Assembly (NCBI GenBank): GCA_050948665.1
Contig: JBMNEH010000001.1
Location: 1,979,813-2,043,812 of the forward strand
Direction of reading: 5' to 3'
Origin: Christensenellales bacterium
GTDB taxonomy: Bacteria; Bacillota; Clostridia; Christensenellales; UMGS416
Length of the DNA stretch: 64,000 nucleotides
The notes under the pieces: generated by a model
The model's database searches: none
Told to the model about the DNA's origin: nothing
Seen by the model: the letters and a program-made list of their open reading frames with translations, nothing else
Made by a program: the position numbers and the translations under genes
Part shown: one piece after another, positions 1-8,421 of the stretch
Layout of the letters: each line of letters starts with the position of its first letter
Numbering within the stretch: the first letter of the stretch is position 1

Positions 1-118
1 TTTCGACCAGAGAAGAGAAAAACAAACGTTCAAGCGCCGCTTCGTGAATCTTTCGTGTAAAGGACAGATGCATCTGATACGGATAGGGCACGTTCAGGGG
101 ATTGCAGAAGTACTTCAT
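1..118 (-). CDS. 5' end of a CDS running off the left edge, product unknown
   Basis: ATG at 118 on the minus strand. The translation MKYFCNPLNVPYPYQMHLSF... stays open to position 1. It is absent from the ORF track because it has no stop in the window. Only 39 codons are visible. Confidence 0.3.
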   Translation of the reverse strand, partial: MKYFCNPLNVPYPYQMHLSFTRKIHEAALERLFFSSLVE

Positions 119-134
119 AAGGAACCCCGCTTTC

Positions 135-829
135 TTATTTCGCATCCCCGCAGAGCACAGGATCCATGCAGGGCGTCCACCATGCCAGGTATCCGGCCTG
201 CGTGGGGTAGATATCATCCGTCAAGGTACAGCACCTTCTGATCCTCCGTCAGGCTGCAGAAGGTCACGCCATTTCACATGCCGATCACGGTGAATCCTCA
301 GAGATCCGCGCTCCGGTTCAACTCCAAAACCATCTGGTCATATTTGTCGTTGACAAAGCGGGGACTGGTCCGGAAAACCACTGGACAACCCCATGTCTCC
401 CGAACCCATGTGGCGATGTGCTCCACCGAACCCATCACCGTGGCGGTGTCGTACACCGTGAGAGGATATATGCCACTCCATTCTCCGACAGCGAACTGTG
501 TCCAGGCGTCGTTGGTGGAGAACTGGCAGACAAACAGGTCTACGTGCATATTCCTGTCCATCCGCTTCGGGGAGCCACATAGGAATTTTCGCCGCTGTCC
601 ACCAGTTTGTGCCGGAAACTGCTTCTTTCACCATCACTGCGCCGTTTTGAGCGCAGATATAGTCTGCGAACGAGACGCCCATAGCCGTGCTACCGGAAGT
701 GACAGACAAGCCAAGAAACACGATCCGCTTGCCCTTCAGCGGACTGTCCGCTTGCTCTGCCACCGAGGTCACGCCATAGGCGCGGTCATTTCCGGACAGC
801 GAGGCCATCTTTAGGTCGTGCAGCTTCAT
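135..829 (-). pseudogene. SGNH/GDSL-family hydrolase, decayed by several frameshifts and in-frame TGA codons
   Basis: ORF 338..829 gives KGKRIVFLGLSVTSGS...KEAVSGT (SGNH blocks I/II). Block III, DLFVCQFSTNDAW, is in another frame (ORF 298..561). LVDSGENSYVA is in a third frame around 560-600. TGA codons interrupt ADL*GFTVIGM*NGVTF. The block V-like DDIYPTQAGYLAWW...CGDAK ends at the TAA at 135-137 after a further shift. Confidence 0.65.
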
Positions 830-838
830 GAAAGGACC

Positions 839-913
839 TCATCCCCAGTGCCAGCCGCAGAACGCGATCCAAGAGATGATGACCAGTACAATGCCTAGCA
901 GGATATAAGCCAT
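839..913 (-). CDS. Possible 24-aa hydrophobic micropeptide
   Basis: Minus-strand ATG at 913 and TGA at 839-841. Translation is MAYILLGIVLVIISWIAFCGWHWG, one predicted TM helix. It lies 10 nt upstream of the SGNH start. It is below the ORF-track cutoff and has no clear RBS. Confidence 0.2.
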   Translation of the reverse strand: MAYILLGIVLVIISWIAFCGWHWG

Positions 914-941
914 CTTCTTCCTCGCTTTCCATTGGTCTTCT

Positions 942-2355
942 TCATGAGACAACTTCCCCTCGCGCAATCATGCTTCGTGTCTTCCCGTCGGTCCATGCGT
1001 CCACCGTTACCCGAAACACACCTTCCAACCGGATGTTCTCCGAGGAAGCTCCAATACGGACATCAAAGTCTCCCCGCTCGATCTTCCAGCGCATATCCTT
1101 GTCCAGGAAGGCAATCTGGGAAGGGTTGAGGGTGAACCGGACGGTTTCGTTTCACCGGGCTCCAGATGCACCCGCAAGAACCCCGCCAGCTCCTGCACCG
1201 GTCGGGTGCATCCGGCATAGCGGTCGGAAATGTACAGCTGAACCACTTCGTCTCCGGGCTGGCTTCCAGTGTTCCGAATCTCCGCCGTGACGAAAATGCT
1301 CTCAGCGGGCATGATCTCCGCCGCGGAGAGTGTCAGATTACCGTACTCAAACTGCGTGTAGGAAAGCCCGTGTCCGAAACAATACCTCGGTCGGTGGGGC
1401 AGATCCATATAGTCCGCGAAGCCGATGCTACCGCCCTGGTTCCAGGCGGAGCCGTTGGGATGGTTGTAGTACAGCGGAATCTGTCCAGCCTGGTAAACCA
1501 CCGTCACCGGCAGTCTTCCGCCGGGGTTGTACGCGCCGGTCAGCACGTCCGTGATGGCTTCTGCGCCGCACTCAGCAGGGCTCCAAGCCCCCAGGATGGC
1601 GTTCAGGCATTCGTCGGCCGCGTCGGAAGACAGAGGACGTCCGCCTGGATCGCTGCCTGGAAGGGCTTACCGTAGATCTCCCGCAGGAGCCGCGGCGGGA
1701 TGTCGCTGTGGGTACCATGGATGCCGCCTTGGGAGTTGTGAAAAGCCAGGAAGTGCTTGGCAACGCATTCCGGATGATATCCTTTTGAATCAATTCCCTG
1801 TATTCCCCTGACATAGGCAGCGCCCATAGCAGCAACCAGCGTGGGATCCTCTCCGTAAGCTTCCCCGTAACGACCCATGCGCGAATCCCGGGCGATGTCC
1901 AGCACCGGGGCCAGGATGTGCCCTACGCCGAAGGCGCCCTCCTGCCGGACGACGACGCGGGCCAGGTTCTCCTCCAGTTCTGGGTCGAAACCCGCGCCCC
2001 GAGCGATTCCGGATGGCAGGCTGATGCCGTCCTGAACCATGGTGCCGCACAGGCCTTCCATGTGGAATATAGCGGGGATGTGATGCGGACTCAAGTCCAT
2101 GATCATCTTCTGCACCCTGCGCTGCCAAGCCGCCGCTTCCCGCAGATTCCTCATGCTGCGGACCTCCAGGGTGCTGACTTCGCCGATGCCAAAGGATACT
2201 TGCCTGGAGATCCAGTCGAAATCCCATTCCAGGCCGCTATAGGGGAAAATGCAATTGACCTGGGCCATCTTCTCATCCAGGCTCAGGTCGGACAGCAAGG
2301 CTTCCGCCCGTTCTTCCGGGCTCCGGGAATGGTCAGCGTACACAGTGGAATTCAT
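942..2355 (-). pseudogene. GH3 beta-glucosidase-like gene with a large internal deletion and a 3' frameshift
   Basis: The N-terminal 250 aa (ORF 1603..2355) carry GH3 motifs (LSLDEKMAQV, GRYGEAYGEDPTLV, KHFLAFH). The frame breaks after FQAAIQ near 1650. It resumes in another frame as GGRPLS...NAILGAWSPAECGAEAITDVLTGAYNPGGRLPVT...GHGLSYTQFEY (ORF 1007..1546), so the central domain is missing. After PGETK near 1137 a 1-nt shift restores VRFTLNPSQIAFLDKDMRWKIERGDFDVRIGASSENIRL..., ending at the TGA at 942-944. Confidence 0.7.
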
Positions 2356-4579
2356 GGCTACCGCCTCCGATTTCAGTTGTTTTTCCGTCAGGCAGAATCA
2401 CGTTGCAGAGGGTTTGCTCGGGAACTTCCACGCGCAGGATAAAGTCTCTTTCTTTCTGTTCCCAGTTCACGGTGATTCTTCCGAAGGGGCATTCGTAGGT
2501 GCACTCCGCCCAGCTGAGGCCGCCGCCCGGTACGGGCTTGACCCGGAAGCGCCGATAGCCCGGCTCAACGGCTTCCAGTCCGCAGATCCGGCGATAGAAG
2601 AAATCACCCACTGCGCCGTAAGCGTAGTGGTTGAGGGAGGATTCCCGGATGGTCCCGTCCTCCTGCACAGAGCTCCACTGCTCCCACATGGTGGTGGCCC
2701 CGTGCCGCACTTGGTACAGCCAGGAGGGATCACTGTCCTGCAGCAGGAGTTCGTATGCCTCCTGCACACAACCGTTGTCCGCCAGGGCAAACAGCAAGTG
2801 CGGCGTGGCCGGAAATCCCGTGGCCAGGTGACCGCCGTTCTCCCGGATTAGCGTTTTCAGGCGCTCCGCCATCACAGAACGGTTTGCCTCCGTTTCCAAT
2901 CCGAAGGCCATGGCCAGCACATAGGCAGACTGAAACTCCCTCTTCATCCGACCGTGCCCATCGGTGAACACCCTACGGAAGGCGGCTTTCACCTTCTCAT
3001 GCAGCGTCGCAAAGCGCCGGGTGTCTTCTTCCTTGCCGAGAATTCCAGCGATTTTTGCCATCAGTTCACAGGAGTGGGCATAGTAGGCCGTGCCCACCCA
3101 TGCGCCGCGCTTCAACCAGTCGGGCAAGCTTCCTTCGGGCGCACACCAGTCCCCGAACTGGAAAGGCAGTTTCAGGATGTGCGTTGAACCGTAGATCGGC
3201 AGGGATAATGCCGCCCAACGCTTCACATCCGCCATATAGCGCTTCATGGTGGGATACATCATCCGCAGGACGCTTTCGTCCCCGTCCGTCCTGTACAGAG
3301 CCCAAGGAACCAGGATGCAACTGTCCCCCCAGCAGGAGGTGGTGATGACCGGGGTGATGCCCTTCCGGGATGGCACCACGAGGGGGATACTGCCCATGGC
3401 CGTCTGCTCCGTCTTCACGTCCAGCAACCATTTCCGCAGAAAGGTGCTCATGTCAAAGTTGAAACAGGCAGTCGGGGCAAACAGGGCGATATCCCCCGTC
3501 CACCCTTGGCGCTCGTCCCGCTGGGGGCAGTCGGTGGGGATGTCCACGAAGTTGCTCTTGCCGCTCCAGACCAGATTGTTCTGCAGCCGGTTCAGGTCCT
3601 CATTGGAACAGCGGAATGTACCGACAGTCCTGAAGTCAGAATAGAGGGCGATTGCCTCGATCTGCTCGATGTCTTCCCGGCGGATTCCGGAAATGCCGAT
3701 ATACCTGAATCCCATGTATGTGAAACGGGGCAGCCAGTGCTGTTTTCCGTCCCGGCAGATATAGGTCAGCCGCTGCTTTGCGGAGCGGAGATTCTGCGCG
3801 TAGAGTTCGCCCTTCTCCAAGGCTTCCGTGTGGCGGATGACGATTTCCTGTCCTGCCTTGCCGTTTACGATGAAGGAGACCACACCCGCCATATTCTGCC
3901 CGAAATCCGCGATCAGTTCCCCGGAGGGGGCTTCCAGCCAGCAAACTGGTTCCAGTCGCTCGTGAGCCGTAACCGGCAGACCGTAGCGCGCGCAAATTTT
4001 TGGATGAATCCGGAGCTTTTCCGGAGCGGTAGGTCTCCAACCGACATCTGACAGACTGATCCGGGCATCGTACGTCTCCCCATCATAGAAGTCCCCGAAG
4101 CGCCATGGACCGTCTTCTGTCACCTCAAAGGCGCCGTCTGTGCCGATGGTTTCCTCTGTTCCATCTGCGTACCTCAGGACCAAGTCGCACAGCAACGCCT
4201 GTCGGTCTGCAGACAGTCTGGATTTGGATTTATTGGTGTTGTCCACATGGGTGCTGCGCCCCACAGCCCAGCCGCCGGCCACAACAACCGTCAGGGTGTG
4301 CCTCCCGGCGGGGAGATTTTTCACTTCATCGCGGGTGTATTGAAGATGCGCGCTGTAGTCTGTGAAACCGGGTCGGAAACAGTCTTCGTGAAGCCGTTGT
4401 CCATCCAACCACAGGTCATAGATACCCATAGCTGTGGCGTAAACCTGAAGCGAGGTGATGGGCAGTGCCGCGGAAAAGACACGCCGGAAAACCATCGGCA
4501 CGGGAGAAGCGGGACTCTCAAAATGATAAGCCGGATCGCTGATCCATACACCTTTCCAGATTCTTTGTCTCAGTTTCAT
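2333..4579 (-). CDS. alpha-L-rhamnosidase (GH78)
   Basis: Intact 748-aa ORF with the family-typical FVDIPTDCPQRDERQGWTGD and the N-terminal GIYDLWLDGQR pattern. Its stop overlaps the GH3 start by 23 nt. Confidence 0.85.
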   Translation of the reverse strand: MKLRQRIWKGVWISDPAYHFESPASPVPMVFRRVFSAALPITSLQVYATAMGIYDLWLDGQRLHEDCFRPGFTDYSAHLQYTRDEVKNLPAGRHTLTVVVAGGWAVGRSTHVDNTNKSKSRLSADRQALLCDLVLRYADGTEETIGTDGAFEVTEDGPWRFGDFYDGETYDARISLSDVGWRPTAPEKLRIHPKICARYGLPVTAHERLEPVCWLEAPSGELIADFGQNMAGVVSFIVNGKAGQEIVIRHTEALEKGELYAQNLRSAKQRLTYICRDGKQHWLPRFTYMGFRYIGISGIRREDIEQIEAIALYSDFRTVGTFRCSNEDLNRLQNNLVWSGKSNFVDIPTDCPQRDERQGWTGDIALFAPTACFNFDMSTFLRKWLLDVKTEQTAMGSIPLVVPSRKGITPVITTSCWGDSCILVPWALYRTDGDESVLRMMYPTMKRYMADVKRWAALSLPIYGSTHILKLPFQFGDWCAPEGSLPDWLKRGAWVGTAYYAHSCELMAKIAGILGKEEDTRRFATLHEKVKAAFRRVFTDGHGRMKREFQSAYVLAMAFGLETEANRSVMAERLKTLIRENGGHLATGFPATPHLLFALADNGCVQEAYELLLQDSDPSWLYQVRHGATTMWEQWSSVQEDGTIRESSLNHYAYGAVGDFFYRRICGLEAVEPGYRRFRVKPVPGGGLSWAECTYECPFGRITVNWEQKERDFILRVEVPEQTLCNVILPDGKTTEIGGGSHEFHCVR

Positions 4580-4599
4580 CTCGCTTCGCCTCCTGTTCG

Positions 4600-5012
4600 T
4601 TAGACGCTCACTTCGATGGTGTGGATATGGCCGTCCCGGAAATCAGGGAGTAGGTCACCTTGGATGTCCTTGCCGCCCACTGATAGTCCCTTGGCTTCGC
4701 CGCAGCGGATGAGGATGCGATAATCCGCCCCGCGGAAGTGCCGGGTCATCTCCGCCTGCTCCTCTTCGGGAATGTTCAGGGCGTCGTTCAAGTCGGCGAA
4801 GTAAATCCGCACCGGACCGCTGCAGCTCTTGTCCGCCAGCAGGCAGTGGATAGCAGCTTTGACGTGTTCCAGCACGGTGGCCTCGCCCCCCTCTTGCCAG
4901 GAGATGGGGAACTCGAGGATCCCGGCGTCGCCGGTCTCCTTCACCAGCTGACATACCGCCCATATGATCCAGAAGGGCTGGTCGGGAAAGCGAATATCGT
5001 CGTAGGGATACC
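4600..5012 (-). pseudogene. 3' remnant of an (alpha/alpha)6-barrel glycoside phosphorylase/hydrolase (GH94-like), internally deleted
   Basis: The frame is open from about 5012: YPYDDIRFPDQPFWIIWAVCQLVKETGDAGILE...IYFADLNDALNI...RHFRGADYRILI...VGGKDIQG...HTIEVSV. This resembles the xWLxxAvxxYvKETGD, DWNDxLN and C-terminal FRGAxYxI motifs of cellobiose-phosphorylase-type enzymes. Several hundred residues are missing between them. Confidence 0.4.
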
Positions 5013-5035
5013 CAGGTCAGCACGGCGTGGTCGTC

Positions 5036-5290
5036 TCAGAACTAGTGCCTCAGGCGCTATAGGATCTCGTCTTTGGCTTTCTCTGACCGGTCTGCGCCAC
5101 TGCGATCTGCAGGTTGTCCCGGACGCCCTTCTTGCCCACTATGCAGAAGTCCACCCGCTTTTTCAGCCAGCTGTTCATGATGCGGTTGATCTTCTCAACG
5201 GGGTGTTTGCGGACAATCTAGTGTGCTTTTCGGCGTAATGTGCTTTCGCCATCCGGAGCGCCGCTTCCGCTGCGTTGTGGTTCAGATGGC
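5036..5290 (-). other. Unassigned coding-like remnant wedged between the two gene fragments
   Basis: Two broken minus-strand frames: ...LGETRETARRHLNHNAAEAALRMAKAHYAEKH, then IVRKHPVEKINRIMNSWLKKRVDFCIVGKKGVRDNLQIAVAQTGQRKPKTRSYSA*. There is no start codon or RBS, and I do not recognise the family. Confidence 0.2.
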
Positions 5291-5740
5291 GACGTGCGGT
5301 TTCCCGAGTCTCCCCGAGGGATTCCGCTGCGCCGAAGACCAAGTGGATCTCTCGCTCCTCACCCAGATAAGCATGAGTCTGTGCTGCAGCACCGCGCTGG
5401 GGATGAACAGGGCACCATCAGAGCCGGTGCATTCCTGGCCTTCCGTCACCACGCGGGGATGCTGATACAGCGCGGAGGAAGACGTGTCTCTGTTGGTCAC
5501 GGTGGAGAGCGGGCCGCAGAAGGTGGTCAGATCGTCGTCATACGCCGTCACAGGCTCCAAACAAGCTAGGAAGCCGTTGAACCGGCTGTGCTGCGCAAAG
5601 AGGTAGGCAGGCCGGCGGAAGATGCCGTCCAGTTCGGGATCATAGGCTGACTCGATGCTCCGGTACATTTCATAGTACCGGGGATGAGAGAATCCGTCCA
5701 GCGAGAAGCTCACCGTGGAACCTTTTTTATCCGTTCTCAT
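5282..5740 (-). pseudogene. 5' fragment of a truncated gene, unknown glycan-active protein
   Basis: The ORF starts MRTDKKGSTVSFSLDGFSHPRYYEMYRS... and degenerates into low-plausibility sequence after about 120 aa. It is immediately followed by the unassigned remnant and the GH94-like 3' piece. Confidence 0.35.
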
Positions 5741-5743
5741 GCT

Positions 5744-8164
5744 TTACCCCACAATCAGATGATAATTGACCCCCGCAAAATCGCCCTTCATGTCGAAGCG
5801 GATGCCGTTTTCCTCCCTGACACCGGCGATTTCCCCCAGCACCTGGCCTATGGGGTCGAGGGCGAATAGCCTCGCGTTTTCCGCCCGGACAATCATGCTG
5901 CCGTCCAGCACCTCGGCGTACAGCTTTCCGTCCATCCGGACCATGGTAAAGCTGATGCCGGGTATGATCTCAGGGCCGGGGTTGAAGCTCTGCCGGTCAG
6001 TGCCGGTGGTGCCCATGGCGGTAAAGAGGTATTCGCCGGGTTTCCCTTCCAGCGGGAGCAAGGCCAGGGTGATACGGTCATTCTTGGCCCGGACGGTGAC
6101 GCTGTCGGACAGCACAACGGTTTCCTCCGGCGCGCCGCTGAAATAATCAAAACCCGCTGTGTGGACAGTGAACCGGGAGCTGGCCGGATCAAAAACGATT
6201 TCCTTCGTGTCAGAAATCAGCTTGCCGTCCACATAGCCGGTGTCTTCCTCCCAGACGCCCCACCGTTTCATGGCGCCGTCCATTAGGGAGGCGAACGCAC
6301 GGTAGTCACCCATGTGAGCGATCTCGGCGATGTTGTCAAACACCAGCGCGCTGCCGGAGAGATGGACTCCGGGCCCGATCTCCTCACCGCCTTCCGCGGC
6401 CCGGACCAGACGCTCGGGATTCATTACCCGCCGAAAGGCGTCCTCATAGGGCGACCAAGCGTACCAAACGCCATGTTTCGCCCCGCTCAGGTCTCCGCCA
6501 TTCAGGAAGCCCGCATTGACCGCGACATCCGCGTTGCCCTGATAAATTTCCCCCTCCTCCAGGAAAACATTGCGCATCCCTGTCACATAGGGCAGGAAGC
6601 ACATGGGCATGGCGTGGAAGTTGGGCAGGACGGTCAAGTCGTTTTGCGTGTAGACCACGTCCACACGACTCCTTGCGGGAGAGACGGTCCCATTCAGGAA
6701 AACGCTGGCCATAAAGCCCCACTGGCAAATCACCGCTGGATCGTTGTACACATCGAAGATATTCCAGATCTCATCGGCAGGCTGGTCGTCCGGCTTTTCA
6801 GAAGTGTGAAAGTTGTACAGGATCAGCCCGTCCCAATCGTTCAGGCAGGCATAGGCCACCGTGTGCATGAAGGCAGTGGAGTGAAAAGGATGCTCGCCGT
6901 ACTCGTTCCATTCGCTGAGCATGAAGGGCTTACCCTCCACGATAGCCACGGAAGCCAGGCTCAGCAGGGTGGTGGCCATGGAGCCGATGCCCATCTGCAT
7001 GGTCAGGGGATTAGTGGAGACATATTCCGCGGGACCGGCCACCATGTAGGTGTTGTTCTGCACGGGGAGGATCGGATGGTTGAAGTAGCTGTTGTTCTCG
7101 ATCAGGTCGCCGCCAGCATGTCCATAGGCGTCCGCCGCGCCGGTCACCAGGTTGCTGGTGACGATTGGCACCTTTACGCCCAGAGATCTGAGGTAATCCA
7201 TATAGTCCTGATAGAAATTACGGTTGACCTCAATACCGAATTCCATCCAGTCGGCATAGCGAGCCGGCCCCTCCGCCGCGTCCCATGGTCCCATGGGTTC
7301 ACCCACGGACTGATAGAATCCGCCCTCTATGCCTCGTACCGTACCCGTAGTCGGATCTTCATCATCGTCCAGGACGCAGACAGCGTCTAGGGTCCAGGCC
7401 TCCCGCAGGGCTTCCCGGGATCCGTATTTGCGTAACAGGAAATCCCCGAACATGCGTCCCACCTCATCCCGGTAGGGCTTCATGTTCTCTCCCTGATCCG
7501 AGCCCATGTTTCCCTTGATGGCGCTCTCCTCGTTGTTGATCTGCACGGTAATCACAGCAGGATCGTCCTTCAGCGCCAGTCCCGTATAAGGGTTCATATG
7601 GCAGAGCAGCTCCCGGGCATACTCCTTCTGCAGTTCGATCATCCGCGGGTTGTACATCGGATAGCGCTTCATGCAGGAGGGCACACTGCCGGGATAGTCC
7701 AAGCCGTCCCCCTCCAGGAAAGGCCGGGCAACGATCAGATCAATGTGCACATAGATCCCCCTGGATTTCAACTGGTAGATCAGGAAATCGAAACGATTAA
7801 GTCCTTCCGGATTGAAGATCCGGCTGGTGCCCTGCTGATAATCCAGTAGCGGAGCTTCCCGACAGGAGGACCAGGAGCGGGGCTCATCCCCGATGGGTGC
7901 ATCCGCCGCATGGAGACGAACTACATTCACGCCTAGGCTGGCGAGACGTTCGGCAATCCTTTCCGCCGTGGCGTGGTCAGGGGTATTGGAGCGGGCGGCG
8001 ATGTTGAAGCCGATGAAGCGGGCGCGCTGTCCGTCCTCGAAATACAGATGGCCGTCCCTGGCCTGCACAAAGCCTTGTTTACCCGCTGGTGCGTCCAACA
8101 GGTAGGAGAAGTCCAATATCCCCTGGTTGGGGGTCAGTTTGTCGATGCGAATGTGTTGCTTCAT
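5744..8164 (-). CDS. Large clan GH-A (TIM-barrel, GH5-like) glycoside hydrolase
   Basis: Contains RFIGFNIAARSN...GVNVVRLHAAD and INNEES (an NE acid/base-type motif). The start was moved to the ATG at 8164 (MKQHIRIDKL), preceded by AAAGGAGGA. The 46 upstream codons on the ORF track lack an RBS. Confidence 0.7.
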   Translation of the reverse strand: MKQHIRIDKLTPNQGILDFSYLLDAPAGKQGFVQARDGHLYFEDGQRARFIGFNIAARSNTPDHATAERIAERLASLGVNVVRLHAADAPIGDEPRSWSSCREAPLLDYQQGTSRIFNPEGLNRFDFLIYQLKSRGIYVHIDLIVARPFLEGDGLDYPGSVPSCMKRYPMYNPRMIELQKEYARELLCHMNPYTGLALKDDPAVITVQINNEESAIKGNMGSDQGENMKPYRDEVGRMFGDFLLRKYGSREALREAWTLDAVCVLDDDEDPTTGTVRGIEGGFYQSVGEPMGPWDAAEGPARYADWMEFGIEVNRNFYQDYMDYLRSLGVKVPIVTSNLVTGAADAYGHAGGDLIENNSYFNHPILPVQNNTYMVAGPAEYVSTNPLTMQMGIGSMATTLLSLASVAIVEGKPFMLSEWNEYGEHPFHSTAFMHTVAYACLNDWDGLILYNFHTSEKPDDQPADEIWNIFDVYNDPAVICQWGFMASVFLNGTVSPARSRVDVVYTQNDLTVLPNFHAMPMCFLPYVTGMRNVFLEEGEIYQGNADVAVNAGFLNGGDLSGAKHGVWYAWSPYEDAFRRVMNPERLVRAAEGGEEIGPGVHLSGSALVFDNIAEIAHMGDYRAFASLMDGAMKRWGVWEEDTGYVDGKLISDTKEIVFDPASSRFTVHTAGFDYFSGAPEETVVLSDSVTVRAKNDRITLALLPLEGKPGEYLFTAMGTTGTDRQSFNPGPEIIPGISFTMVRMDGKLYAEVLDGSMIVRAENARLFALDPIGQVLGEIAGVREENGIRFDMKGDFAGVNYHLIVG

Positions 8165-8330
8165 GGGATTATCCTCCTTTATGCCCGTTGTACATGCTGT
8201 CAGCCATAGATGCCCGTTGCACATGCTGTCAGCCATAGCGGACCGCAAAGAATTAGCGTCAGAATCGTCAGGAATTCCATATAGGCAGCCGCTCTGTGCC
8301 ATCGTCTTCGTTTCGGCATGAAATCCCCTC

Positions 8331-8366
8331 TAACAGAAAAGTGCTGCTCTGTCTGCAGAGTAGCAC
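8331..8366 (-). terminator. Rho-independent terminator downstream of the AraC gene
   Basis: An 11-bp stem, gtgctgctctg/cagagtagcac (one G-U pair), at 8341-8366, followed on the minus strand by TTTTCTGTT. Confidence 0.5.
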
Positions 8367-8421
8367 GATTGCTTTGGCAATTATTGCAATTTTGAAGCCG
8401 ATTTTATAAAATTGCGCATTC

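Noticed and set aside
135-600. In-frame TGA codons in the SGNH gene (and at about 10218 in the recombinase remnant) as evidence for TGA recoding (genetic code 4/25 or selenocysteine).
   Set aside because: TGA terminates many well-supported intact genes in the window, for example GH78 at 2333-2335, adh at 14113-15 and the GltD-fusion at 19506-08. The affected genes also carry frameshifts, so ordinary pseudogenisation is the simpler explanation. No SECIS-like context was evident.
4655-5023. 122-aa ORF, and the overlapping plus-strand ORFs 4738..5238 and 5240..5569, in the decayed region.
   Set aside because: The translations are Arg/Gly/Pro-rich and lack motifs. The alternative minus-strand frame carries the recognisable GH94-like motifs.
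6314-7390. Long plus-strand ORF (358 aa) inside the GH-A hydrolase gene. Similar long antisense ORFs occur at 16506..17612, 19980..21383, 22014..22646, 33280..34545, 34500..35438, 50112..51266, 51477..52409, 53239..54207, 41578..42303 and 62490..63359.
   Set aside because: All lie antisense to genes with strong family motifs. Their translations are Arg/Gly/His/Pro-rich low-plausibility sequence with no RBS. Stop-poor antisense frames are expected in high-GC coding DNA.
8165-8302. 46-codon N-terminal extension of the GH-A hydrolase ORF.
   Set aside because: There is no RBS at 8302. AAAGGAGGA sits 7 nt upstream of the ATG at 8164, and the extension has no signal-peptide or domain character.
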